Positions 48,919 to 58,175 of a stretch of DNA of 64,000 nucleotides are shown here, in pieces; the stretch's first letter is position 1, and each line of letters opens with the position of its first letter. The position numbers were made by a program, and so were the translations under genes. Origin of the DNA: a virus (lineage: Duplodnaviria > Caudoviricetes); IMG/VR virus record IMGVR_UViG_3300037424_000564, positions 64,001 to 128,000 of that record, one strand, 5' to 3'. The notes beneath the pieces were generated by a model. The model was not told where the DNA came from and did not search any database. It saw only the letters and a program-made list of their open reading frames with translations.

Positions 48919-49320
48919 TTATTGTCTCCTATCGATGTTTAAATCGTCAAAGTATTTTCTTGCAATTTTTCTCGACAAACGATCTGCTTCTTGATGAACA
49001 TCACAAAAAGCATCATGACCTTTGATCCACTCAAAACAGATATTGTTAAACTTACTTTTAATTTTTCAATTTTTTTGGATTACTTTTCTTGCTTCGCCAT
49101 TAAGTTTTTCAACCTGACCAGAACAATCAGAAAAAATAGTAACGTTTGTATTAGCAGGAAGATTCTCAATTGCTAATTCAATGGCCTGACGCTCTGTTTT
49201 CGCTGACGTTCCAAATCTAGCACCTTTAGAATAAATGATCTTTTCACCTGTATCGACATTTATACAGATGGCAACTCCAACCCCATATCCACGAACACCT
49301 TTTGGCGTTATACCTACCCC
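48919..49320 (-). pseudogene. RNase HI-like pseudogene (in-frame TGA, no start codon)
   Basis: Translated by hand: ...KTERQAIELAIE...VTIFSDC...QKN*KIKSKF...FEWIKGH...EADRLSRK. Confidence 0.7.
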
Positions 49321-49502
49321 AAATAGATTTTATTTTTACACTCTGGACAAATTAACATTTTGTAGATGTCCGACCCACCAGTGTAATCAGTTCTCGTTTC
49401 TCTTTGGGTATCCGCGTCAGTGTAAACCAGCACACTCGCGCAATTTCGACAGGTTGTTTTCTTCTTTGCACTCTCGTCTTTCCCAATTACCTCGATTGCC
49501 AT
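49314..49502 (-). CDS. small zinc-ribbon protein
   Basis: TCRNC...ICPEC. Confidence 0.65.
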   Translation of the reverse strand: MAIEVIGKDESAKKKTTCRNCASVLVYTDADTQRETRTDYTGGSDIYKMLICPECKNKIYLG

Positions 49503-49571
49503 TTTATATCCTTTCCGCCCAGAAGGGCATAACTAACAATAATATACCATTCTTTTGTTGTCAAATTATTT

Positions 49572-50204
49572 TTACATAATCCCCATCAAAAGAATTACTA
49601 TTCCAGCTAGTGAGTACACGCAAGTCAGGACAACTATAGTTGATTTTTCCTCACTATCATAATTACTATATTTTTCATCATGTGTTACATATTTTTTCTC
49701 TTTTGTTTTTTTCCCTTTATCATCATAAACAGGGCAAACTTCAGTCCACCCATACATGATTCTAGTATTCCAACGCCACGTTAAGAATAAAATAACAATA
49801 CCACAAGGAGAAAGTAAAAATAGTTCTTTAAAGTAAGTAATGATAGCTCCTGAATCTACATCAAGAACCTTATAAAGAACAATACCAGTAGTAATCATAC
49901 CAACAGGAGTTTTAATAAATTCATTCACTTCAATAGAAAGAACACTACACACTTCTTTTAAACCAACTGCAAATGTGTTCATATATTTTGTTACATTTTC
50001 AGTATCTACCAACACCTTTTCAATAACATCAGCAGTGTTAGTTTTTGTATTCATTTCAGCAATAACCTGATTTCTGAGATTATCTGGAAGCTTGCTTAAA
50101 TCAACATTAACAATAAGGGGTTCTTGATCAGTTCCTGCGTGTGCAGTTGTGTAAGTAATTCCAATTAGAACACAAAGCACTAGTACAACCATAAATCGTT
50201 TCAT
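49572..50204 (-). CDS. hypothetical membrane protein
   Basis: Signal peptide plus several TM helices. Confidence 0.6.
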   Translation of the reverse strand: MKRFMVVLVLCVLIGITYTTAHAGTDQEPLIVNVDLSKLPDNLRNQVIAEMNTKTNTADVIEKVLVDTENVTKYMNTFAVGLKEVCSVLSIEVNEFIKTPVGMITTGIVLYKVLDVDSGAIITYFKELFLLSPCGIVILFLTWRWNTRIMYGWTEVCPVYDDKGKKTKEKKYVTHDEKYSNYDSEEKSTIVVLTCVYSLAGIVILLMGIM

Positions 50205-50237
50205 TTTATTTCTCCTTAGTTGAAATGAATATATTAA

Positions 50238-50612
50238 TTATTTGATGATTTTTATTTCATAACCTAGAAGTTCTGAAATCTGTTTGACTGAAAGTTCTTT
50301 GACTGGATTGATTTTCTTATTAAATTCTTCTTCAGTATATTTTTTACCTTCAATATACCAGAACTTAGCTCCATCAGGGTATTCGATAGCTGGCCCATCT
50401 AGTCTATGGGGTTTCCCATTCTGATACCATGCCTTAAATCCATTTGCCCATTCAACAGCAGGACCATCAACACGATGATAGACACCATTTTGATACCAGA
50501 ACTTAGATCCACTAACATATTCAAAAGCAGGACCATCTAGTCGATGTAGTTGACCATTCTGATACCACAGAATAGATCCATCATTTTCAACAGTGACTTC
50601 ATAAGTTTCCAT
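50238..50612 (-). CDS. 22-aa repeat protein (WYQNGxLHRLDGPA), copy 1; start METYEV
   Basis: Three HRxDGPA repeats; AAGGAG RBS. Confidence 0.8.
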   Translation of the reverse strand: METYEVTVENDGSILWYQNGQLHRLDGPAFEYVSGSKFWYQNGVYHRVDGPAVEWANGFKAWYQNGKPHRLDGPAIEYPDGAKFWYIEGKKYTEEEFNKKINPVKELSVKQISELLGYEIKIIK

Positions 50613-50625
50613 TTTAGTTTTCTCC

Positions 50626-51180
50626 TTAGTTAAGCTTAATTCCATTTTCTACGCCACTATCGAATGCTTCATTTGAGTATCCTGACTTAACAATCTTGAT
50701 TTCCTTGACTTTATTTGTAGGGAAACCAAACATTTTAAGTAGAAGACCTTTAGGAACGGTTCCGATCATATCTTGATATACACGTTGACGATCAATCAGT
50801 TTCTTTTGTTCATTTTCAAATTTATCTCTACCAATTACCATAGCATCTTGAATTTTTCCATATAGAGAGGAATCAAAGTTAATTTCGTGTTCTTTAAGAA
50901 ACTGAAACATTGCCTGTGAACCATCTTTACCATATCGCCCTTGAAGTGCGCCAGTAATTACTTCTTTGTAATCATTTTTGTACATTGTTGGAATTTGAAC
51001 CATTTCCCCAATTTTGTTTGAGTATTGAGAAAGGTTGTTTTGATTTTGTTCATACTGTGCAACTAGAGAATTTTCAGTTTTGATAGCTCCGTTGTATGCA
51101 GATACACCATACATAACAAAAGATCCAACACAAACCAGCATAGCTACGAATACTGCCCCTACGATCATCCACGTTTTCAT
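50626..51180 (-). CDS. LemA-like membrane-anchored protein
   Basis: N-terminal TM helix followed by coiled-coil; C-terminal PKGLLLKMFGFP. Confidence 0.55.
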   Translation of the reverse strand: MKTWMIVGAVFVAMLVCVGSFVMYGVSAYNGAIKTENSLVAQYEQNQNNLSQYSNKIGEMVQIPTMYKNDYKEVITGALQGRYGKDGSQAMFQFLKEHEINFDSSLYGKIQDAMVIGRDKFENEQKKLIDRQRVYQDMIGTVPKGLLLKMFGFPTNKVKEIKIVKSGYSNEAFDSGVENGIKLN

Positions 51181-52283
51181 TTAAATCTCCTTCTTGAGTT
51201 ATAGTTTCTTTGATTTTCATCACCAAACACATCTTCGGTGTGAAAGAAATAAGTTAGTCCAATACTAATTACCAATGATAACACAAATGCTAGAATGATA
51301 ACCCATAATGGAGGTTCAATTTGATCTTTGAGATATGCATAATCTTCCATCTTCATTAGTTTATAATGAAGAATAATATTATCACTAATTGTACTAAGCG
51401 CATATTCTCGATATTCATCATTCAACGTATTGAATAGCTCTAATTGAGCCTTCAGATAATGTTTTATTGATTCATTTTCCCAACCTACAACTCTAACAAA
51501 ATCAATAGTCGGATATTTACTGACACCAAAAACAATAATAACATCGTTCTTTTTACCATTCAACCATTTTCGTTCTAGCGCAAATTGATAGGTAGGATCT
51601 GCAACATTTACAAATTGAATAATTGGATTGACTTTATATTTACTACCAAGTTTTTTTGCAATCTCTGCCAAACCATCATTCCACTGTTTCTTATCGTTCA
51701 ATGATACACCTACTACCTGAACTCTGTCAATTTTATAATAATCATAAACAGTAGGATAATTTGGAACCTTTTTGACCATTTCATCGTCTTGTGAATATTG
51801 CTCACCAAAAATAGATTCAGGTACGGCTTTGACGTAGTTTGTATATCCTTTTTCTGTTGCATATGGTTCGCCTACTACAACTTGCGCCCATCGTTTAGGA
51901 GTAATTAGTCCTTGCCTATCTTCTCTATGGATATTAAAACTACCATCAATGTTAGTATCAACCCGCCAATTGTTATCATAATCATGGTCATAACATGTTT
52001 GGCAGACTTGTGTAGTACAATCTTTTCCACAAGAAACTGTCACACAAAAACAATCATAAGAATGAGAACAACTAACCCTAACCTTTTCTTTATTTGTGAT
52101 TTGACCATTCCAAACTTCAGTATCTGATGTTTGTGAAAACAAACCACATCCAATTACAATAGCTACGATAACCACTGAAATAAGAATCTGAATTAGCATT
52201 TCTTTCCATGTGATTGTATGATGAAGTTTGAACTTTGCACCCCATGCAATTAGAAGGGGAATTAGTAGGATGAACCAATACAT
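51177..52283 (-). CDS. membrane protein with Cys-rich periplasmic/extracellular domain
   Basis: Two N-terminal TM helices, SCSHSYDCFC...CGKDCTTQVCQTC, C-terminal TM; coupled to LemA-like gene. Confidence 0.6.
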   Translation of the reverse strand: MYWFILLIPLLIAWGAKFKLHHTITWKEMLIQILISVVIVAIVIGCGLFSQTSDTEVWNGQITNKEKVRVSCSHSYDCFCVTVSCGKDCTTQVCQTCYDHDYDNNWRVDTNIDGSFNIHREDRQGLITPKRWAQVVVGEPYATEKGYTNYVKAVPESIFGEQYSQDDEMVKKVPNYPTVYDYYKIDRVQVVGVSLNDKKQWNDGLAEIAKKLGSKYKVNPIIQFVNVADPTYQFALERKWLNGKKNDVIIVFGVSKYPTIDFVRVVGWENESIKHYLKAQLELFNTLNDEYREYALSTISDNIILHYKLMKMEDYAYLKDQIEPPLWVIILAFVLSLVISIGLTYFFHTEDVFGDENQRNYNSRRRFK

Positions 52284-52294
52284 ATCTATTCCTT

Positions 52295-52849
52295 TCAGGA
52301 GTTAAGAGATTTTCTCAACATGTTAGTTATATTTTCAAATACTTCATCTTTTTCCATAGTGACAATAATCGTATGAAATTCCGACAATTTATGATAAAGA
52401 GATTCAATAAAAAGATTTTTATCGGAATGCCCCATTTCATCAAGATATCTCATATTCAAAATAATATCAGAAATTGACATTTTTTTAAAATCAAATTTTT
52501 TAAAATCAAATTTCATATATTGTTCAGCCATATCAGTATCTTCGCAATATGCAGAACATTTATAATTTAGTTTATCATATGACTTTGTTTCATAGATAGC
52601 AAGAGTAGGTTGACCATTATCATCATAATAATCATGCTTCCAAAATTGTTTATTATATTCTTCATGGTCCCTGAAGTCAAAAATAACTTCAATTGACTCT
52701 GCACTAACATTATCTTCAATTCGAATAATTTTTGCTTTACAACCAGCATCCAGTTCAAATTCATCCCAAAGAGGTTGTTTAATCGTAACTTCAATAGGAA
52801 GAACAATCTCACCGCTAAAACATTTTTCATATAGTTCACGATAGTTCAT
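52295..52849 (-). CDS. hypothetical protein
   Basis: 184 aa, AAGGAG RBS, TTGACA-17-TATATT promoter at about 52873-52901. Confidence 0.65.
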   Translation of the reverse strand: MNYRELYEKCFSGEIVLPIEVTIKQPLWDEFELDAGCKAKIIRIEDNVSAESIEVIFDFRDHEEYNKQFWKHDYYDDNGQPTLAIYETKSYDKLNYKCSAYCEDTDMAEQYMKFDFKKFDFKKMSISDIILNMRYLDEMGHSDKNLFIESLYHKLSEFHTIIVTMEKDEVFENITNMLRKSLNS

Positions 52850-52907
52850 AGTGTTTCTCCTTGGTTGAAATAAATATACTAGATATTGATTTAATTGTCA
52901 ATTTAAT

Positions 52908-53280
52908 TATTTGATGATTTTTACTTCATACCCTAGAAGTTCTGAAATCTGTTTGACTGAAAGTTCTTTGACTGGATTGATTTTCTTATTAAATTCTTCT
53001 TCAGTATATTTTTACCTTCAATATACCATGATTTATATCCATCTGCCCTCACAATAGCAGGACCATCTAGTCGATGCCTTTGTCCATTCTGAAACCAGTA
53101 CTTAGATCCATCTGCACGTTCCACAGCAGGACCATCTAGTCGATGTAGTTTCCCATTCTGAAACCATTCCTTATATCCATCTGCACGTTCCACAGCAGGA
53201 CCATCTAGTCGATGTAGTTTCCCATTTTGACTCCAACAAATAGTTCCATCATCATCAATAGTGACTTTATAAGTTTCCAT
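52908..53280 (-). pseudogene. 22-aa repeat protein, copy 2, frameshifted near its 3' end
   Basis: Same repeats as copy 1; T5 instead of T6 at about 53009-53013 shifts the last ~30 codons. Confidence 0.7.
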
Positions 53281-53318
53281 TTTGTTTTCTCCTTTAAGTA
53301 TTTTATTTTTGTCAATGA

Positions 53319-54053
53319 TTAAATATATTTCTCTTCTTTTACTGAAATAGTTCCAAAATTGGTTTTAATTAATGTATCATACTTTTCTTTATATTCATTA
53401 AGGATATAAAGAAAATTAAATTTAGAACCATTTAAGAAATGGCGGTATTGATATGCCCATTCCTTCCTGTATAAGAAAGATCCCATGTTATAGTCATATT
53501 CGTAACAATCTTTTTTGGTGAATAATTCCAATCCTTCTGTCAACGCAACTGTCTGAGTAAGTTGAAAAGCGAAAAATTTATAAATATCTGCAATTGATCC
53601 TTTCCCTGAAAAATCATATTCTTTAGTAAAATCAATCTTATCTAGAACATTGATTTTGTCTTGGAGACTTTCTGATCGAAGGGCATGTTTGATTTCAGTT
53701 CTCATTTCAGTTTTTGAAAACATTGACAAAATACCGCGAGTTGTACGCAGAACTTTCATTTCTACATGCCGTGGTACGCGATAAATAACGGGTAATTGAT
53801 ACACCTGATCATGCAGATGATAAGTAGATAACATACCGTTATTTACTTCATCAATAGTTCCTTTATATGCTTTAACCACAACTCCATCTAGAACTGATAC
53901 AATATTTCCATTAGCCTGATGTTTTGTTGAAAGATTCTCACAAAGAATTTTACAATCTTGAATTGATGTGGGGGAATTATAAGGCGGAACGATAAAGAAA
54001 ATATCCTTATCAAGTGAATCATGTGACCCATGAATAATATATGGAGTTTGCAT
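53319..54053 (-). CDS. hypothetical protein, possibly nucleotidyltransferase-like
   Basis: N-terminal IHGSHDSLDKDIFF (GS...DxD, shorter spacing than canonical). Confidence 0.4.
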   Translation of the reverse strand: MQTPYIIHGSHDSLDKDIFFIVPPYNSPTSIQDCKILCENLSTKHQANGNIVSVLDGVVVKAYKGTIDEVNNGMLSTYHLHDQVYQLPVIYRVPRHVEMKVLRTTRGILSMFSKTEMRTEIKHALRSESLQDKINVLDKIDFTKEYDFSGKGSIADIYKFFAFQLTQTVALTEGLELFTKKDCYEYDYNMGSFLYRKEWAYQYRHFLNGSKFNFLYILNEYKEKYDTLIKTNFGTISVKEEKYI

Positions 54054-54055
54054 AT

Positions 54056-54427
54056 TTAAAGTCCTAATTCGCGTTTAATATAAGTATCATATTTTCTAAT
54101 TTTTTCATGTTCAGAGTTGATATTATTATAAATTTCCTTACAATTTGAATATACAAGATCACCCTCAAGATCACCCTCAAGTAAAACAATATTACGACGA
54201 TGAACGTCAATTAGATTATATAGATTAGCAATTCGCTCAATTTTCTTAGTGAACTTCTTATTTTTAATTTCGGATTTCTTTTGTTGTTGTTTGTTAATAA
54301 ATCCAATAATACGATTTACCGCTACTTTAATACCACAAATTTCTTTACAATCTTGATAATAATCATAACCAATATAAACGTTATCATCTATAATTCGAAA
54401 TAGTTTGTCTGCATATTTGTCAGCCAT
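54056..54427 (-). CDS. hypothetical protein
   Basis: 123 aa, GGGAG RBS. Confidence 0.6.
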   Translation of the reverse strand: MADKYADKLFRIIDDNVYIGYDYYQDCKEICGIKVAVNRIIGFINKQQQKKSEIKNKKFTKKIERIANLYNLIDVHRRNIVLLEGDLEGDLVYSNCKEIYNNINSEHEKIRKYDTYIKRELGL

Positions 54428-54431
54428 AAAA

Positions 54432-54488
54432 ATACTCCCTTCAAGTTTATTATGAAGGGAGTATATCGTACATATATATTATTGTCAA
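54432..54488 (-). promoter_or_regulatory. sigma70-type promoter with -10/RBS inverted repeat
   Basis: TTGACA-17 nt-TATACT; 12-bp inverted repeat 54432-54443/54453-54464. Confidence 0.8.
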
Positions 54489-54494
54489 TTTATT

Positions 54495-56798
54495 TTATGC
54501 ACATTTTGTCCAAGAACAGTCCAAAGAAGAACATTTTATACATCCTTCAGTATATAGTAAATCAGAATTACATACAGGACATTTTTCTTTTTGATTTACC
54601 TGCTTGCAGTACTTATTAATTGATCTAATGATTGCTTTATCAAAATCAACAATACTTCCGTTTGATTTCTGAAGTACAGATTTCAAGTATTCGATACTAG
54701 CTCCATGACGTAGAGCTAATGACATTAAACGAGTTACGTATTCACGTAGATCATTTACATAAGCACTAGAGATATCATCTACTAATACCTCACCATTATG
54801 AACAAATTGATATACTTTCTTTCCATCTTTTTTACTCTTAACCATTTCACCTTCAGTAATACTAGTGTCAAAATCAACAGCTTCTATCTTACCTGCGATA
54901 ATCTCATATGGATCATCATTTAGCAATCCAATGAATACAATCCATTTCTCACCAGCATTAGTATGTCTATTGATAATAGAAACTCTAAACACATTACAAG
55001 GTAAAGATTTTGGTCTTTTAGGTGCATTAGTTTTAATTATACTATCACCTTTATCTTTTGTATTACTGTGAACTAAAATACCATCACGACAACCATCACG
55101 ATATACAGTAACACCAATAACTCCTAGATCATGCGCTTTAAGATATACATCACTGATTTCTTCTCTAGTTGCTGTAGAAGGAAGATTAATTGTTTTAGAT
55201 ACACTTAAAGAAGTATTTCTAGCAACAATACCTAGTGAGTTCAAATGTTCCATTGGAGTTAAATCAGAAGCGACAACAAATATCGCTCTATCTTTTTCTG
55301 ACATTTCCAAAACATTTTGACAAGATCCTTTGTTGTCTGAAACTTGTTTGAGAATTTTTACTTTAGTTTTTTCATCAAAAGTATCAGTTAAATACTTATC
55401 GAAGATAGGATCACTAATATAAACAGTTTCATATTCACGATTGAGTTTTTCAATTTTTCTAGCATAAGTCAATGCAAAAACTGGCTCAATACCACCTGTT
55501 GTGTTCGCTAGATAAGAAATACTCCCATTTGGAGCAATTGAGGTAAAACAAGAGTTAGCAATTCCATATTTTTTGATTTTTTCTTTTAGAACATTGGTCA
55601 ATGACATTCTAGAATCATTAAAAAATCTTGAATTTGCTTTCATAAAAAGATCGTAATCATATGCAGGATAAGATTTACCTTCTTCTTTAGCAATTTCACA
55701 TGATTCATCCATACTAATTAGTGTTAATTTATTGAAAATTACATCAGTAATGGAATCTGCTTCAGGAGAATTAAAAGGAATACCAAGTAGATATAACATA
55801 TGAGCATATCCCATCGCACCTAAACCAATAGGACGAACTTGTTTGGTTACTTCTTCAATTTTAAGCAAAGGGTAATTATTAATATCAATTACATTATTAA
55901 GAAATCTAGTTGCAGTTCTAATAGCCTTTTCATATGCATCAAAATCAAATTCGCCATTAATAACAAAATTAACTAGATTGAGAGATCCTAAATTACATGA
56001 ACTATATGGAATAGATACATATTCTGCACAAGGATTTGATAGAACATATTCTCCAATGTTGGTTACAGTACATTGACGGGTTGCAATATCAATATTAAAA
56101 ATACCGGGTTCAGCACAAAGCCAAGCATATTCGATAATTTCATCCCAAAGCATTTGTGTTGTTACTGGTTTCCCATTATCAAGTAATGGAAACCATTCAC
56201 CTTTTTGTGTACATACCATATGAGGAGAATCTGGAGAATTTTTTAACTTAAAGTAGAATTCATCAGTCATACGAACAGAGAAATTCAATCTCTCCATTAC
56301 ACCTTTTTTAGATTTTTCTCTGATAAAATCGAGAATATTAGGATGATTGACATTAAATTGAGCCATTCCAGCACCACGACGAACACCACCTTGTTGTATC
56401 CCATCCAGCATTGTATTAAATGATGCTGCAAAAGGTAAAGGACCAGAAGATTGACGTTCTAATGATTTAATATTTTCATATGAAGATCTAAGTCTAGAAA
56501 ATACATATCCAACACCGCCAGATGCTTTAGTAACTAAAGCACCTTCTTTAAGAGCATCAAATATTCCTTCAATAGAATCTTCAATTCCCATAGTAAAACA
56601 AGAAGATAATGTACCTTTACGTTTACCACCAGTATTTGCATTCATAAGAGTTGGGGATGAAGGAATAAAGGTTTTGTTATTAATATCATCATATGATGGG
56701 GGAAAGATAGCAGAAATTCTTTTTGCTAATTGTGACCATGATCTTTCTTCTGGGAGGTAATATCGCTCATTAAGAAGATTTTGTATGTTTTGTTCCAT
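54495..56798 (-). CDS. nrdJ: class II (adenosylcobalamin-dependent) ribonucleotide reductase
   Basis: PSSPTLMN, SSCF, GGVG, NPCAEY, CNLGSLNL, SIAPNG, C-terminal TSCPD-like domain and CPVC...CIKC; no small-subunit gene nearby. Confidence 0.88.
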   Translation of the reverse strand: MEQNIQNLLNERYYLPEERSWSQLAKRISAIFPPSYDDINNKTFIPSSPTLMNANTGGKRKGTLSSCFTMGIEDSIEGIFDALKEGALVTKASGGVGYVFSRLRSSYENIKSLERQSSGPLPFAASFNTMLDGIQQGGVRRGAGMAQFNVNHPNILDFIREKSKKGVMERLNFSVRMTDEFYFKLKNSPDSPHMVCTQKGEWFPLLDNGKPVTTQMLWDEIIEYAWLCAEPGIFNIDIATRQCTVTNIGEYVLSNPCAEYVSIPYSSCNLGSLNLVNFVINGEFDFDAYEKAIRTATRFLNNVIDINNYPLLKIEEVTKQVRPIGLGAMGYAHMLYLLGIPFNSPEADSITDVIFNKLTLISMDESCEIAKEEGKSYPAYDYDLFMKANSRFFNDSRMSLTNVLKEKIKKYGIANSCFTSIAPNGSISYLANTTGGIEPVFALTYARKIEKLNREYETVYISDPIFDKYLTDTFDEKTKVKILKQVSDNKGSCQNVLEMSEKDRAIFVVASDLTPMEHLNSLGIVARNTSLSVSKTINLPSTATREEISDVYLKAHDLGVIGVTVYRDGCRDGILVHSNTKDKGDSIIKTNAPKRPKSLPCNVFRVSIINRHTNAGEKWIVFIGLLNDDPYEIIAGKIEAVDFDTSITEGEMVKSKKDGKKVYQFVHNGEVLVDDISSAYVNDLREYVTRLMSLALRHGASIEYLKSVLQKSNGSIVDFDKAIIRSINKYCKQVNQKEKCPVCNSDLLYTEGCIKCSSLDCSWTKCA

Positions 56799-57495
56799 TA
56801 AATAATATCCTTATTTTGTAGTCGATTAAAAGTTCTAATTCTATGACATATAGCGCAAACAACTTCACATTTTTCTATTTCACTAATTGCAGATTTTATA
56901 CTAGAAGAATTACATACATTAAATTTTTTATCTCCAATAACATGATCAAATTCCAATGCGGCATGATGTTTGTTATATCCACATTCAATACATCCCTTTT
57001 CTAATTTATATTGTCGTAAAAAATCTTGAATTTTTATTCTTCTTTTATTTGATATTTTATTTACTCTAATTTTATATGATGGGTCTTTTTCTATTTTTTC
57101 TTTATACCATTGTCTTCTTTTTTTGAATCATATGGTCTAACTGTACCTAATCTTTTAATATTATTATCATATTGATATTTTTTTATCTTGTCTTGATTAT
57201 TTGAATCCCAAAAAATTCGTTTGCATTTATTTGAACAAAAAGTTGATTTTGAGTTTGTTGGTATAAATTCTAACGCACAATTTTTACATATCAAAATTTT
57301 ATTTTTAAAAAATATTCCACACCCACATGATTTTACTTTATTATGTGTTAAATCTGAACTTCTAATTTTTACTTCTTTCCCACAATCACAGACACATAAT
57401 AAATTTTTTCTTCCATCATATTCATGCAATTCCAAACTTCTCAATACTAATAAATTATTAAATTTAATACCAATATATTTTTTTGTTGTCTTCAT
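56798..57495 (-). mobile_element. HNH homing endonuclease interrupted by a -1 frameshift at an A7 run (57118-57124)
   Basis: 5' frame has YIGIKFNNLLVL...CVCDCG...KSCGC; -1 frame continues to CIECG...ALEFDH...CEVVCAICHRIRT and ends TAATG on the nrdJ start. Confidence 0.8.
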
Positions 57496-57504
57496 AACAT
57501 TAAC

Positions 57505-57537
57505 CTTTCATAAATAGTTTATATGTATTTATGAAAG
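57505..57537 (-). promoter_or_regulatory. late-type promoter in an RBS-sequestering hairpin
   Basis: 12-bp inverted repeat CTTTCATAAATA/TATTTATGAAAG; upstream arm holds CATAAATA, downstream arm holds GAAAG(G) RBS. Confidence 0.7.
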
Positions 57538-57819
57538 TTTTTCTTTACACTTTTTTTCTTTTATTTTTTCATAATTTTTTAGAAATATTGCTTCTTTTAT
57601 TGCCCAAACATCATTACAATTCCCATGTACGATGTAATCACCTTCCATAACATAATGACAAGATTCTTCGGTATCTTCAAGAGTTCTTATTTTACCAACA
57701 AAAATCATATCACCAACAACATGTTCTTTTTCTAATAAAGTTACATCTGTAAAATTGTTTGATTCTTTGAACCATTGATAAGCTTCTACCGCTATCGGTT
57801 TCTTTCTCCATTTAGCCAT
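57529..57819 (-). CDS. conserved phage hypothetical protein
   Basis: KWRKKPIAVEAYQW...IRTLE...GDYIV...IFLKNYE family pattern. Confidence 0.7.
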   Translation of the reverse strand: MAKWRKKPIAVEAYQWFKESNNFTDVTLLEKEHVVGDMIFVGKIRTLEDTEESCHYVMEGDYIVHGNCNDVWAIKEAIFLKNYEKIKEKKCKEKLS

Positions 57820-57843
57820 CGTTACTCCATTTCATATAAATTG

Positions 57844-58149
57844 TTATTCGTCTTTATCTTGATAATTATTAGCGATATCTTCAACTCTTTTTTCTAAATC
57901 GAGATTACCATCTAATTCTCGTTGTGTTATTGCATATGGATGTTCAATAGCATCTGAACATTTACCAAACCAACCTTCCCCCATCATTCTAAAATTAGGT
58001 TTAGATACTGTTTGATATGCAGGTTTGCCACACTCACAAACCATTTTATTTTTCTTTTCTTCATGTTCAGTAAAGGATAATTTTACTTCCCATCTAACTT
58101 TACATTCATCACAAGCAAACTGATATTGAGGACTCATTTTTTTCTCCAA
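57844..58149 (-). CDS. FmdB-like zinc-ribbon protein
   Basis: PQYQFACDEC...CECG...GEGWF. Confidence 0.7.
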   Translation of the reverse strand: MEKKMSPQYQFACDECKVRWEVKLSFTEHEEKKNKMVCECGKPAYQTVSKPNFRMMGEGWFGKCSDAIEHPYAITQRELDGNLDLEKRVEDIANNYQDKDE

Positions 58150-58175
58150 ACGTTAAGGGGTGATGATATTTAGAT

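Larger units (their letters stand above)
50234..53028. repeat. near-identical ~125-bp direct repeats (50234-50360 and 52903-53028)
   Basis: 3' ends of the two repeat-protein genes, differing by a few substitutions and one indel. Confidence 0.9.
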
